Source of the DNA: Candidatus Kerfeldbacteria bacterium
GTDB lineage: Bacteria > Patescibacteriota > Patescibacteriia > UBA10025 > JAHIVO01
DNA length: 64,000 nucleotides
Direction: 5' to 3'
Assembly: GCA_047946875.1 (NCBI GenBank)
Contig: CP181398.1
Span: 335,154 to 399,153, forward strand
The notes beneath the pieces were generated by a model. That model did no database searches. It saw only the letters and a program-made list of their open reading frames with translations, and had not been told where the DNA came from. Numbering within the stretch: position 1 is the first letter of the stretch; each line of letters opens with the position of its first letter. A program made the position numbers and the translations under genes. Below, in pieces: positions 38,525 to 47,864 of this stretch.

Positions 38525-38772
38525 GAGAATAGGAAACAGCTAATAATTTATAGGTTGTTTTATTATTGAATAAAAATTGTCATTTCGAATATAGAGAGAA
38601 ATCTTTATAACATTTGAAACTATAACTATCTTTATTAAGATCTCTCCATTTCTGTCGAGATGACAGAGGTATAGTATTTATATAACTTTGTCATGCTGAG
38701 CGAAGTCGAAGCATCTCCTGACCTATGGTCAGGGGACTCTTCACTGTGTTCAGAGTGACAAGAATGAATTAT
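38525..38772. other. Unusually GC-rich 248-bp convergent intergenic region with several hairpins (possible bidirectional terminators or small RNA)
   Basis: cctgacc-tat-ggtcagg is a perfect 7-bp stem with a 3-nt loop; tcact-N8-agtga is another. The TGTC-led stem-loops atttc-N11-gaaat and atgct-N12-agcat are related. The region lies between the convergent rmlA and PEGA genes. Confidence 0.3.
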
Positions 38773-40056
38773 CTAAAATTCTAATTTATATATATCCTTG
38801 TCAGTAACAATATAGACGACATTTTCTGAATATTTGCTAGTTATATTGGTAATATTATTAATTCCTAGGGAGTAGGTATTTTTTTGGGTACCTACTGATT
38901 GAATAATATTGAGATCTTCATTGTTTGTTGTGTAGAGTGTGTAATATTCATTTAATAACCAATCTGCTTGTGAAATATTTTCAGAAGTTCTTAATATAAT
39001 TTCTTTGGTCGATTCGTTTTTATCCCAGCACCAAATTTCATGATTATTCGAGAATAGTAATTTGTTATTTATCCATTTTATATTTTCTACTGTTTCGTTA
39101 ATTTCTTCAAACGAGTTATCAGAAAGGTTGTAAAAATATGCTTTGTTATTTGTTTGATTGATAATGGGTAGATAATCTTCGAATTGATCTAGAAAAAATA
39201 GTTTGCTATCATCTGAAATATTTATTGTAGCGAGTTGTTTTTCTTCTTGATCAATTACTTGCAGATTATTATTTTGAAGATTAAAATATTTATCTTCTAT
39301 ACTAAAGACAATATTTTTTTCTGATAATATTTCTGTAACAATATTTTGAAAGATATTAATTCTATGTAGAACATTATGACTAGTTATAAAAATAATATCT
39401 TCTTCATTAGTACTCCAATAAATATTATCAATAATGTTATCTAAGATTAGATTAATAAGTAATTCTTTGCTCGTACGTAAGTTTGTTGCAGTATAACCAT
39501 CTAGAGACGAGTAGTATATTAATCTTTCAGAATTAATGTTCCATTGAATATTGGTAATAACTTGTTCGGTCTTTTTTGTAAATATTGTTTTATTTGCATC
39601 TAGGTCAATTATTTCGAACAACCCAGGAGTAGAGATTGCTATCTTATTTTTATCGGGTGAAAAGGAAAAATTATTAATTTTTTCATAAGATAGTAATGGC
39701 TTTAAATCATCTTGTTTTTTTAGAAGTTGAACTTTGGGTATTCTTGTTGTTTTTGATTGTTCAATTGAAATATTTTTTACCCAGTCAAAATAACCTTCTT
39801 TATAAATTTTTAGATCATAATTATCTTCAATGATTGTATTGTAGTTGGTTGGTGTATTTCCCTTGAGCTTATCGTCATTTAAATAGACTATAGCGTTGTT
39901 TGGTTCTGTATCGACTGTAATTGCCCCTACAAGACCTAATTTGTTCGTAGAGCTATTATAACGCCATCCAGATGCATAAAAAATCAATACTATGGCAACT
40001 AGTATAAATACTAAAATAGTTATAATAAAATATGTTCTTCTTGCCCAAATATTCAT
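38773..40056 (-). CDS. Membrane-anchored PEGA-domain protein with beta-propeller-like (TolB/WD40-like) C-terminal region
   Basis: N-terminal TM segment followed by a PEGA domain (AITVDTEPNNAIVYLNDDKLKGNTPTNY...LKIYKEGY), then a long repeat-like beta-rich region. Confidence 0.45.
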   Translation of the reverse strand: MNIWARRTYFIITILVFILVAIVLIFYASGWRYNSSTNKLGLVGAITVDTEPNNAIVYLNDDKLKGNTPTNYNTIIEDNYDLKIYKEGYFDWVKNISIEQSKTTRIPKVQLLKKQDDLKPLLSYEKINNFSFSPDKNKIAISTPGLFEIIDLDANKTIFTKKTEQVITNIQWNINSERLIYYSSLDGYTATNLRTSKELLINLILDNIIDNIYWSTNEEDIIFITSHNVLHRINIFQNIVTEILSEKNIVFSIEDKYFNLQNNNLQVIDQEEKQLATINISDDSKLFFLDQFEDYLPIINQTNNKAYFYNLSDNSFEEINETVENIKWINNKLLFSNNHEIWCWDKNESTKEIILRTSENISQADWLLNEYYTLYTTNNEDLNIIQSVGTQKNTYSLGINNITNITSKYSENVVYIVTDKDIYKLEF

Positions 40057-40160
40057 AATTATTATTTAGTATATATTTAAAGGATTACTTTGTCTAGATT
40101 TGAAATTAAGTGGTGATTTGCTATAATGTAGGGGATAAATTTTTTATTGTATATAAGCTT

Positions 40161-41420
40161 ATGGCTAAATTTGTAATTCAAGGAGGGAATTCATTGTCTG
40201 GTGAGGTTGAAATTAGTGGGGCAAAAAATGCTGCACTTAAGATGATGGCTGCAGCCATATTAACTGATGATGAGGTCGTCCTAACAAACGTTCCAGATAT
40301 TAGTGATATCAGAACTATGCAAGAAGTTCTTGCTAAACTTGGAGCAAAAGTCGAATTTTCTGACCATGTTATGACAATAAATTGTTCTGGTATTAAGGAT
40401 GCTCAACCTGATTATGAACTAGTAAAACATATTAGAGCATCGATTGTAATAATTGGACCACTTATAGCTAGGAAGGAGAAAGTTATTATGCCTCAACCAG
40501 GTGGTTGTTTGATAGGATCAAGACCTATTGATACGCATACTAAGGCGATTGAGCAGTTTGGTGTTACTGTTTCACTTGAAAAAGATTTATATCATTTTAC
40601 AAATAAAGGTTTAACTGGAGCAAGTATTGTATTAGAAGAAATGAGTGTTACTGCAACAGAGAATGTATTAATGGCCGCTGTGTTGGCTAAGGGTAATACA
40701 GAGATAAGGTTAGCTGCATCTGAACCAGAGATTGCTGATTTAGCAGAGATGTTGAATAAGATGGGAGCAAAGATTACAGGAGCGGGGACTTCAATAATTA
40801 AAATTGAAGGAGTTGATAAATTGCATCGTGTCGAGCATCAAGTTCTACCTGATAGGATCGAAGCTGGGACATTCGCAATAGCTGCAGCAGTGAGTCGGGG
40901 AGATGTTAGAATCAAAAATATAACCCCTCATCATCTAGATTTTGTTTTACATAAATTTAAACAGGCTAATATAAATTTTGAGATTGAAGATGATAATTCG
41001 GTACTTCATATTAAGCCAACTACAATTTTTAACCATATTAATATTGATACAAGGCCATATCCAGGTTACCCAACAGATTTACAGTCTCCGTTATCGATAT
41101 TGTTAACTCAGGCTAAGGGAACTAGTAAGATGTTTGAAACCATGTTCGAAGGAAGACTTGGGTATATTAGAGAATTAAAAAAGATGGGAGCAGATATTAC
41201 AGAAATAGATTCACATACGATTATTGTTAATGGACCAACTCCCCTTTATGGTAAAAAAATAACCTCTTTTGATTTACGAGCTGGCGCTACTTTGATCATT
41301 GCAGCAATGATTGCTGAAGGTGAATCAGAAATTGATAAGATTGAACTAGTAGATCGAGGCTATGAAAATATTGAACTTAGACTAAATAAATTAGGAGCAA
41401 ATATTAAAAGAATAAAATAA
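40161..41420 (+). CDS. murA: UDP-N-acetylglucosamine 1-carboxyvinyltransferase
   Basis: MAKFVIQGGNSLSGEVEISGAKNAALKMMAAAILTDDEVVLTNVPDISDIRTM: canonical MurA N-terminus. The internal ATG at 40161 was chosen over the ORF-track start at 40110. Confidence 0.9.
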   Translation: MAKFVIQGGNSLSGEVEISGAKNAALKMMAAAILTDDEVVLTNVPDISDIRTMQEVLAKLGAKVEFSDHVMTINCSGIKDAQPDYELVKHIRASIVIIGPLIARKEKVIMPQPGGCLIGSRPIDTHTKAIEQFGVTVSLEKDLYHFTNKGLTGASIVLEEMSVTATENVLMAAVLAKGNTEIRLAASEPEIADLAEMLNKMGAKITGAGTSIIKIEGVDKLHRVEHQVLPDRIEAGTFAIAAAVSRGDVRIKNITPHHLDFVLHKFKQANINFEIEDDNSVLHIKPTTIFNHINIDTRPYPGYPTDLQSPLSILLTQAKGTSKMFETMFEGRLGYIRELKKMGADITEIDSHTIIVNGPTPLYGKKITSFDLRAGATLIIAAMIAEGESEIDKIELVDRGYENIELRLNKLGANIKRIK

Positions 41421-41421
41421 T

Positions 41422-42660
41422 ATGGAGGAAAATAGAAACATTAAATCACATTTTAGTTTTAAGGTAGTAATTTCAGTGGTTATCTTTATTTTTTTAATAG
41501 TTTTTAGCTTGATGAGTGGATATTATTTTGGTGTATGGGAGACTACAAAGAAACAAAGTCAGTTTTCATATACAAATATTATACAGACAGTACCTGATTA
41601 TTTAGCTGATGGTGAGTTTGATGAAAATCTTTTTTGGGAAGTATGGGATAGTGCAAAGAATAATTATGTAAATAAACCTATTGATGACGAGGTTTTATTT
41701 TATGGTGCTTTAGAAGGGATAGCTGGGAGTTTAGACGATCCTTATTCTGTTTTTCTTAACCCTGAAGCAACAAGAGAATTTAATAGAGAGCTAAATGGTA
41801 GTTTCGAGGGAATTGGAACAGAAATAGGAATAAAGAATAATCAATTGACCATAATATCTCCATTGGATAATTCACCAGCTTCTAAAGCGGGGTTACAAGC
41901 AGGAGATGTCGTAATAAAAATTGATGGTGAAGATACATATGAGATGAGTCTAGATTATGCAATAGGTCTTATTAGAGGTACTAAGGGGACCGAGGTAGTC
42001 TTAACAGTTTTATCAGAAAATGATGAAATAATTAAAGATATTTCAATTGTTCGAGAAGTTATTACTGTAGAAAGTGTAAGTTGGGAAATTTTGGATAATA
42101 AAATTGCTTATATCAAAATCATTCACTTTAATTCTGACACCTATCAAAATTTTACGAATATAGCTAGTGAAATTCTAGTTAATGATATTGATGGTATAAT
42201 TTTGGATTTAAGAAATAACCCTGGAGGATATTTAGATAGTGCTGTTGATGTTTCTGGAGAATTTCTTGAAGATAAGGTTGTAGTTATAGAGGATTTTGGT
42301 ACTAATAAAATAGAATATACTTCAAGTGGTAATGCAAAGTTAAAAGATTATAAATCTGCTGTCTTAGTGAATGGTGGTAGTGCTTCTGCCTCAGAAATAG
42401 TCGCTGGTGCTTTACAGGATTACAAATATGCAACAATAATTGGAGAACAAACATTTGGCAAGGGATCTGTTCAAGAATTTGAACAATTTGACGATGGTTC
42501 TTCATTAAAATTAACTGTTGCAAAATGGTTAACTCCAAATGGAAAAAATATTGATGAATTTGGGATCACCCCAGATATTGAAGTAGAGTTTACTAAAGAA
42601 GATTATAATAATGATACTGATCCACAACTAGAAAATGCAATACAATTATTGTCTGAGTAA
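41422..42660 (+). CDS. ctpA: Carboxyl-terminal processing protease (peptidase S41) with PDZ domain
   Basis: N-terminal TM anchor, GSFEGIGTEIG, PDZ segment PLDNSPASKAGLQAGDVVIKIDGE, S41 core LDLRNNPGGYL and GSASASEIVAGAL. Confidence 0.85.
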   Translation: MEENRNIKSHFSFKVVISVVIFIFLIVFSLMSGYYFGVWETTKKQSQFSYTNIIQTVPDYLADGEFDENLFWEVWDSAKNNYVNKPIDDEVLFYGALEGIAGSLDDPYSVFLNPEATREFNRELNGSFEGIGTEIGIKNNQLTIISPLDNSPASKAGLQAGDVVIKIDGEDTYEMSLDYAIGLIRGTKGTEVVLTVLSENDEIIKDISIVREVITVESVSWEILDNKIAYIKIIHFNSDTYQNFTNIASEILVNDIDGIILDLRNNPGGYLDSAVDVSGEFLEDKVVVIEDFGTNKIEYTSSGNAKLKDYKSAVLVNGGSASASEIVAGALQDYKYATIIGEQTFGKGSVQEFEQFDDGSSLKLTVAKWLTPNGKNIDEFGITPDIEVEFTKEDYNNDTDPQLENAIQLLSE

Positions 42661-42664
42661 TTAT

Positions 42665-42937
42665 ATGCTAAGTAAGCATTTAAAGGTTTATGGGTTGGTT
42701 CAAGGAGTTAATTTTAGAAGTAATACGAGAAATACGGCTACCGATCTAGGATTATGTGGAACAATTGTAAATATGTCGGATAAAACTGTTGAAATTGATG
42801 TTTTTGGAGATGAAAAAGTAATAAATCAGCTAATTGAATGGATTCAATCAAATCCTGGTTCTGCTAGGATTGATAAAATTGAAATAAAAATATCTTCAAA
42901 AAGAAATAGATTTGATGAATTTATCATTTTGTATTAA
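42665..42937 (+). CDS. acyP: Acylphosphatase
   Basis: VYGLVQGVNFRSNTRNTATDLGLCGTIVN (V.G.VQGV.FR signature). Start moved to the ATG at 42665 (MLSKHLKVYG); the 42635 start would overlap ctpA. Confidence 0.75.
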   Translation: MLSKHLKVYGLVQGVNFRSNTRNTATDLGLCGTIVNMSDKTVEIDVFGDEKVINQLIEWIQSNPGSARIDKIEIKISSKRNRFDEFIILY

Positions 42938-42946
42938 AATAACAAT

Positions 42947-43399
42947 ATGGAAATAATATTAATAACCGATGTAAAAAAACTAGGAGTTAAGGGAAATATA
43001 AAGAATGTTTCAGAGGGATATGCTAGAAATTTTTTATTATCAAAGAATTTAGCAATAGTAGCAACTGAAAAATTGAAACAACAATATAAAAGAGATAATT
43101 TAAATATTAAGAAAGATGCAGTAAAGAATCAGGAGAAATCAAATAAATTATTAAATCAATTGAAAGATATTAAGATAACCGTGCAGGCTAAGTCAAATGA
43201 TGAAGGTACTTTATTTAGCGCAGTCACCAAGAAAAATATATTGGATCAATTAAATAAGGTAGCGGCTCAAAAACTAGCTGAGAAAGATATAATAATCAAT
43301 AACCCAATAAAATCTATCGGCAAACATGATATTGAAATATCTATTGGCGGTAATAATGTTAAACTAACTATTGAAATAAATGACATCAAAAAATTGTAA
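42947..43399 (+). CDS. rplI: 50S ribosomal protein L9
   Basis: [36 protein letters not shown] matches the bL9 N-terminal domain; 150 aa. Confidence 0.85.
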   Translation: MEIILITDVKKLGVKGNIKNVSEGYARNFLLSKNLAIVATEKLKQQYKRDNLNIKKDAVKNQEKSNKLLNQLKDIKITVQAKSNDEGTLFSAVTKKNILDQLNKVAAQKLAEKDIIINNPIKSIGKHDIEISIGGNNVKLTIEINDIKKL

Positions 43400-45014
43400 A
43401 TACATATTTGTTACAGGAGGAGTTTGTTCCGGATTAGGTAAAGGGATTGCCGCTGCTTCGACAGGAGCAATTTTAAAAGCATGTAATTTTAAAGTTTTTA
43501 GTCTAAAATTAGATCCATACCTAAATCTTGATCCAGGGACTATGAATCCTTATCAACATGGTGAAGTTTTTGTACTTGATGATGGCACTGAGACCGATTT
43601 GGATCTTGGTCACTACGAACGTTTTATGGACGAGAATCTTAACAAGCTTAGTAATCTAACCACGGGGCAAGTTTATGATGAATTGTTATCAGAAGAACGA
43701 CAAGGGAAATATTTAGGAAAAACTATTCAAATCATTCCTCATATTACAAATAAAATTAAAGAGAGAATATATCAAGCCGCTGAGATTAGTCAGGCGGATT
43801 TTTTGATTATGGAGATCGGTGGTACGGTCGGTGATATTGAAGGAGAACCATTTTTAGAAACAGTTAGACAATTACATAATGAATTAGGTTCAGATAAAGT
43901 TATGATTATACATGTAGCTTTGCTACCATATCTAAAAGTTTCTCATGAGCTTAAGACTAAGCCAGTACAAGCTTCTGTTAGAGAGTTAAGAGGTAGAGGA
44001 ATTCAACCTGATATTATTTTAGCTAGAGCTGATTATCCAGTGAGTAAAGAAAATTTGGAAAAAATTTCTTTATTCTGCGATATACCAATTGAGGCAGTTA
44101 TTCCAGCTCCTACAATTAAAAGTATTTATGAAGTACCTATAAATTTGGAAAAAAGTAAGATTTCTGAAATTATATTTAAGAAATTTAATATTCGTAAAAG
44201 AGTTCCTGATCTTAAACCGTGGAAGAGTTTAGTTAAAAAGATGAAGAATGGTAAAGATCAAAAAACAGTAAATATTGTTATGGTCGGTAAATATACCGAA
44301 CATGGTGATGCATATATTAGCATTATTGAGTCTCTGAAGGCCGCTGCAGCCGTTAATAATACTAAAATGAAGGTAGAGTGGGTAGTATCGGAAAAACTTG
44401 AAAATAAGGATAAAAAAGAGTGGGCAAAGTTGAAAAGTGCTAATGGGATATTGATACCTGGTGGATTTGGTTCACGTGGTACAGAAGGTAAAATATTGGC
44501 TGCTAAATATGCTAGAGAAAATAATATACCGTATTTCGGATTATGTTTGGGGATGCAAATCGCAACAATTGAGTTTGCTAGAAATATAGCAAAGATCAAA
44601 AATGCTAATAGTACCGAATTTGATATAAAGACAGAAAATCCAGTTATTCATATCATGCCAGAGCAAGAGAAAAAGATGCTCTCAAATGATTATGGTGCTA
44701 GCATGAGACTTGGGAGTTGGCCATGTAAATTAGTAAAAGGCACGATTAGTTATAAAAGTTACAATAAAGATAAAATTGATGAACGTCATAGACATCGTTT
44801 CGAATTTAATAATAAATATCGTGAGCAACTTGAAAATGAAGGTCTGAAAATAGCTGGAACCAGTCCTGATGGTTTATTAGTAGAGATAGTAGAGATTCCA
44901 TCTCATCCATGGTTTGTAGCTGTCCAATTTCATCCAGAATTTAAGTCACGTCCATTAAGACCACATCCGTTATTCAGAGATTTTGTAAAGGCTTGTGTGA
45001 ATCACAATAAATAA
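43380..45014 (+). CDS. pyrG: CTP synthase
   Basis: [26 protein letters not shown]-terminus and a GATase domain with GLCLGMQ / HPEF catalytic motifs; 544 aa. Confidence 0.9.
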   Translation: MTSKNCKYIFVTGGVCSGLGKGIAAASTGAILKACNFKVFSLKLDPYLNLDPGTMNPYQHGEVFVLDDGTETDLDLGHYERFMDENLNKLSNLTTGQVYDELLSEERQGKYLGKTIQIIPHITNKIKERIYQAAEISQADFLIMEIGGTVGDIEGEPFLETVRQLHNELGSDKVMIIHVALLPYLKVSHELKTKPVQASVRELRGRGIQPDIILARADYPVSKENLEKISLFCDIPIEAVIPAPTIKSIYEVPINLEKSKISEIIFKKFNIRKRVPDLKPWKSLVKKMKNGKDQKTVNIVMVGKYTEHGDAYISIIESLKAAAAVNNTKMKVEWVVSEKLENKDKKEWAKLKSANGILIPGGFGSRGTEGKILAAKYARENNIPYFGLCLGMQIATIEFARNIAKIKNANSTEFDIKTENPVIHIMPEQEKKMLSNDYGASMRLGSWPCKLVKGTISYKSYNKDKIDERHRHRFEFNNKYREQLENEGLKIAGTSPDGLLVEIVEIPSHPWFVAVQFHPEFKSRPLRPHPLFRDFVKACVNHNK

Positions 45015-45025
45015 TAATTAAAATA

Positions 45026-45062
45026 AAAACAACCAATGTTATCTAGAGGTTGTTTTTTTTAT
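45026..45062. terminator. Bidirectional rho-independent terminator between pyrG (plus) and rpmA (minus)
   Basis: aacaacc-N13-ggttgtt hairpin (45028-45054) followed by an 8-T run on the plus strand and an A-run upstream, so it is symmetric for the minus strand. Confidence 0.6.
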
Positions 45063-45064
45063 AA

Positions 45065-45346
45065 TTATTTTGTTGGGATTATACTTACGAAGGTAGCTAA
45101 TTTTAGTTGTCCGTTGAATCTTCGAATTTTTTTCTTTTTGAAAGATACTTTTCCTTCTGTTGTGGCAAAGAGAGTGTCATCTTTTCCTCGCTTAACATTA
45201 CTTCCAGCACGAAATTTCGTACCTCGTTGTCGAAGAATAATGTTTCCACTTTTGGCTAATTGTCCGCCAAAAAGTTTGACACCTAATCTTTGGCCTTGAC
45301 TATCTCTACCTAAGCTAGTTGTTCCCGTTCCTTTTACGTGGGCCAT
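45065..45346 (-). CDS. rpmA: 50S ribosomal protein L27
   Basis: [29 protein letters not shown]...[23 protein letters not shown]: canonical bL27. Confidence 0.9.
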   Translation of the reverse strand: MAHVKGTGTTSLGRDSQGQRLGVKLFGGQLAKSGNIILRQRGTKFRAGSNVKRGKDDTLFATTEGKVSFKKKKIRRFNGQLKLATFVSIIPTK

Positions 45347-45423
45347 ATTTTATATTTAATTGTTAAATAAACTAAGTTAAATTATTATATAGTAATAAGA
45401 TTTCATTGTCAATATATTTATCT

Positions 45424-45702
45424 TTATTCAAATAAATTTGGTATTTTAACTACATAGTTTTGATCTTTCTTTTCTGAAATATTAGTAGTTATTTTTTCAA
45501 ATAATATTAAATTCACTTTTTGTTTTTTTGCAATAATGTCATTTTCATCAATTGGTTTTGGTGAGATGGATGTTAAATACAAATTTTGATAAGTGAAATA
45601 TCCAACAATAGCAAATATTATAACAATAATGCTATATATTATACTACCTAGGTACTTAGTAGTTAATTTTTTGGTATCAATATTGCTAAAAATATTTTTC
45701 AT
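45424..45702 (-). CDS. Small single-TM protein at the distal end of the type IV pilus operon (PilP-like position)
   Basis: 92 aa, N-terminal TM helix, 6-nt gap to the pilO-like gene. Confidence 0.3.
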   Translation of the reverse strand: MKNIFSNIDTKKLTTKYLGSIIYSIIVIIFAIVGYFTYQNLYLTSISPKPIDENDIIAKKQKVNLILFEKITTNISEKKDQNYVVKIPNLFE

Positions 45703-45708
45703 ATTATT

Positions 45709-46239
45709 TTAAGATGAATATATAATTGCTGTAAAAGTTAGTTTAATATTTATTCCATTTTTTGAAAAATTTAGATTATCAAGTATAACATATTGATCAA
45801 GTATTTCTAATGTATTTAGGTAGTTCATAATATCATCCCATTGTCCATTTAACGTAATGCCAATCATTAGATTTTTATCAATTTGAAAACTTTCGATATT
45901 TGTTAATTCAAGGTTTTGTTCGAGATTGTTTTTTCCGGAAATACTTTCTAAGGTATCTACGAAATCTAAAATATCTTCTTGCTCTAGGAATATTAATGAA
46001 AGGCTATTGCTATCTTTTTCTATTTTTTTTAAATCAGTTCTAGTTTTATCAATATTTTTTCTCTGCTCTTGATAAATAGCTAGTTGAATTCTTTTATCTT
46101 TAATTTCGGTATTTTGTGTTTGGATTTCAGAATAATAGGGATATAGTAAGAACACACAAATTGTTACTACTATTAAGCTTAATGTAGTAGTGAGAATTAT
46201 GATTTTCTTTTTTGTGCTAAAATTATTTTTTAATTTCAT
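45709..46239 (-). CDS. PilO-like type IV pilus assembly protein
   Basis: 176 aa with N-terminal TM plus a coiled-coil region; overlaps the pilN-like gene by 17 nt in the pilM-N-O order. Confidence 0.4.
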   Translation of the reverse strand: MKLKNNFSTKKKIIILTTTLSLIVVTICVFLLYPYYSEIQTQNTEIKDKRIQLAIYQEQRKNIDKTRTDLKKIEKDSNSLSLIFLEQEDILDFVDTLESISGKNNLEQNLELTNIESFQIDKNLMIGITLNGQWDDIMNYLNTLEILDQYVILDNLNFSKNGINIKLTFTAIIYSS

Positions 46240-46804
46240 TTGAAATTTTTCCAGTTATTGTAAAATTTATATTTTCTTTTTGGATTAGATTTGAAATTGG
46301 CGCTGTAATATCACTAAAATAAATTGATTCTTCCATATTTTTTTGTAGTGCAATAAGATCAGCCCTTAAATTAGCTATTCCACTTATTTGAAAAGTCATT
46401 TGAGATTCAGTTTCTAAAATATTTGTGTTAAATTCAAGACTAGAAAAAACCACATCTTCAGGTACTAATTTTTGAAAATTACTTATAAAGGAAGACCATT
46501 TAATATATGTGTTTTGAATAGTGTCAACTAGCAATAATTGTGTGTTTAAATCTCTTGTAGATTCTTCAATGGAACTAACGTTGCTTTCTTTTCTTATAGC
46601 TAATTCTTTTTCAATTTGCTCGTCTAGAGAAGTTGAATTGCTACGTAATATGACAGCAGAAAATATAAAAACCGTTGAGATGATTAATAGAATACTTATA
46701 ATTTGTACTAGGAAATGTTTAAGTATAAAATATAATTTAATATTATTTACTTTTTTAATTTCGTTTGGATTTAGTAGGTTTAATGTTGACATTAATTTAA
46801 TCAA
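46223..46804 (-). CDS. PilN-like type IV pilus assembly protein
   Basis: N-terminal cytoplasmic LNLLNP segment (cf. PilN INLLP), single TM and coiled coil; overlaps pilM by 8 nt. Confidence 0.45.
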   Translation of the reverse strand: MIKLMSTLNLLNPNEIKKVNNIKLYFILKHFLVQIISILLIISTVFIFSAVILRSNSTSLDEQIEKELAIRKESNVSSIEESTRDLNTQLLLVDTIQNTYIKWSSFISNFQKLVPEDVVFSSLEFNTNILETESQMTFQISGIANLRADLIALQKNMEESIYFSDITAPISNLIQKENINFTITGKISNEIKK

Positions 46805-47858
46805 ATTTTTTAATTGCTAACCCAATACAGGTAGCAAATGGATAAAAATTTCTTTCTTTTAATTCTTCTTGCCCTTTTAAAATGGTTAAGTTAGTCCAAG
46901 GATCTGCAAGGATTGTAGTTTGTTTCAGTTTTGCTTGTAAGTATTCTGTTAATCCTGACGTTTGACTAACGCTACCAGTAAGTAGAGCAGTATTTATTTT
47001 ACTTTTTGTTGCCATGTATTCATTAAAGTAATTAACATTCTCATTTATCTTCACTAGTAGTCTGTCTAGGATAGGGGAAATAGATTTTCTGACTGCTCCA
47101 CGTCCCTTAGATTGATGAAGACCATATATAATTTTTGCTTTTTCAGCATCTTTGTATGAGAGTTGTAAATTATTGCTAATAGCTTCTGTCATTTCATGAC
47201 CACTTACATTTATTGTAGAAGTGTATTGGACAGTGTTGTGACTAAATATTATAAGACTAGTTCTGCTACGACCGATATCTATAACAAGTAATGAATTATT
47301 AATATTTTTTTGTTGGTCAATAAGGCTTCTTGTAACTGCTACAGATTCATTTTCTAGGCTAATCGGTATTAAGCCCGCTTTTTTAATTACTTCTGTATAG
47401 GTGTTAACTATATTTTTTGGTGCTACTGAAGCTAAGACCCTAAGTTTATTATTTTTCTCATTTTTATTGATTACCTGCCAGTCAAAAAAAGTTTGATCTA
47501 ATGCTATTGGAATATTTTGTTCGATACCCCAGCCAACAGCACCTTTTAGTTCATTTTCTGGTACATCAGGAATTTCAATAACTTTTATGTAGGTCATTTT
47601 TTCAGAAAGAGAAGCGTTTACATATTTTTTTTCAACTTTACCGTATTCTGGTTTTTCAATTAAAGTTTTTAATAAGGAAATTACCGACTCTTTATTTTTA
47701 ATTTCACCATTAATAATATGATCTTTAGGGACATCAATTTCTCCAAATGAACTTATGGACATTTTTGATTTTTTCTTTGTGTCAATCTGAATAAAGCGCA
47801 TTTTGAAATCACTTATATCTAATCCAATTTGATTTGTAAATGGGTTAAGGTTTAACAT
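46797..47858 (-). CDS. pilM: Type IV pilus assembly protein PilM (actin-like ATPase fold)
   Basis: 353 aa; N-terminal IGLDISDFKMRFIQI and an internal LVIDIGRSRTSLIIF, which are the phosphate-1/phosphate-2-like motifs of the PilM/FtsA fold. Confidence 0.7.
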   Translation of the reverse strand: MLNLNPFTNQIGLDISDFKMRFIQIDTKKKSKMSISSFGEIDVPKDHIINGEIKNKESVISLLKTLIEKPEYGKVEKKYVNASLSEKMTYIKVIEIPDVPENELKGAVGWGIEQNIPIALDQTFFDWQVINKNEKNNKLRVLASVAPKNIVNTYTEVIKKAGLIPISLENESVAVTRSLIDQQKNINNSLLVIDIGRSRTSLIIFSHNTVQYTSTINVSGHEMTEAISNNLQLSYKDAEKAKIIYGLHQSKGRGAVRKSISPILDRLLVKINENVNYFNEYMATKSKINTALLTGSVSQTSGLTEYLQAKLKQTTILADPWTNLTILKGQEELKERNFYPFATCIGLAIKKFD

Positions 47859-47864
47859 ATTATT

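Noticed and set aside
38525-38772. tRNA or tmRNA in the GC-rich rmlA/PEGA intergenic region.
   Set aside because: No GTTCGAATC-like T-loop, no acceptor-stem pairing of the ends, and no tmRNA tag-reading frame. It is retained only as a structured-spacer observation.
40110-40160. Upstream ATG for murA at 40110 (ORF-track start).
   Set aside because: The additional 17 residues (MVICYNVGDKFFIVYKL) do not match MurA N-termini; the internal ATG at 40161 gives the canonical MAKFVIQGG start.
42635-42664. Upstream start for acylphosphatase at 42635.
   Set aside because: It would overlap the ctpA 3' end by 26 nt and add a non-conserved MQYNYCLSNY extension; the ATG at 42665 is preferred.
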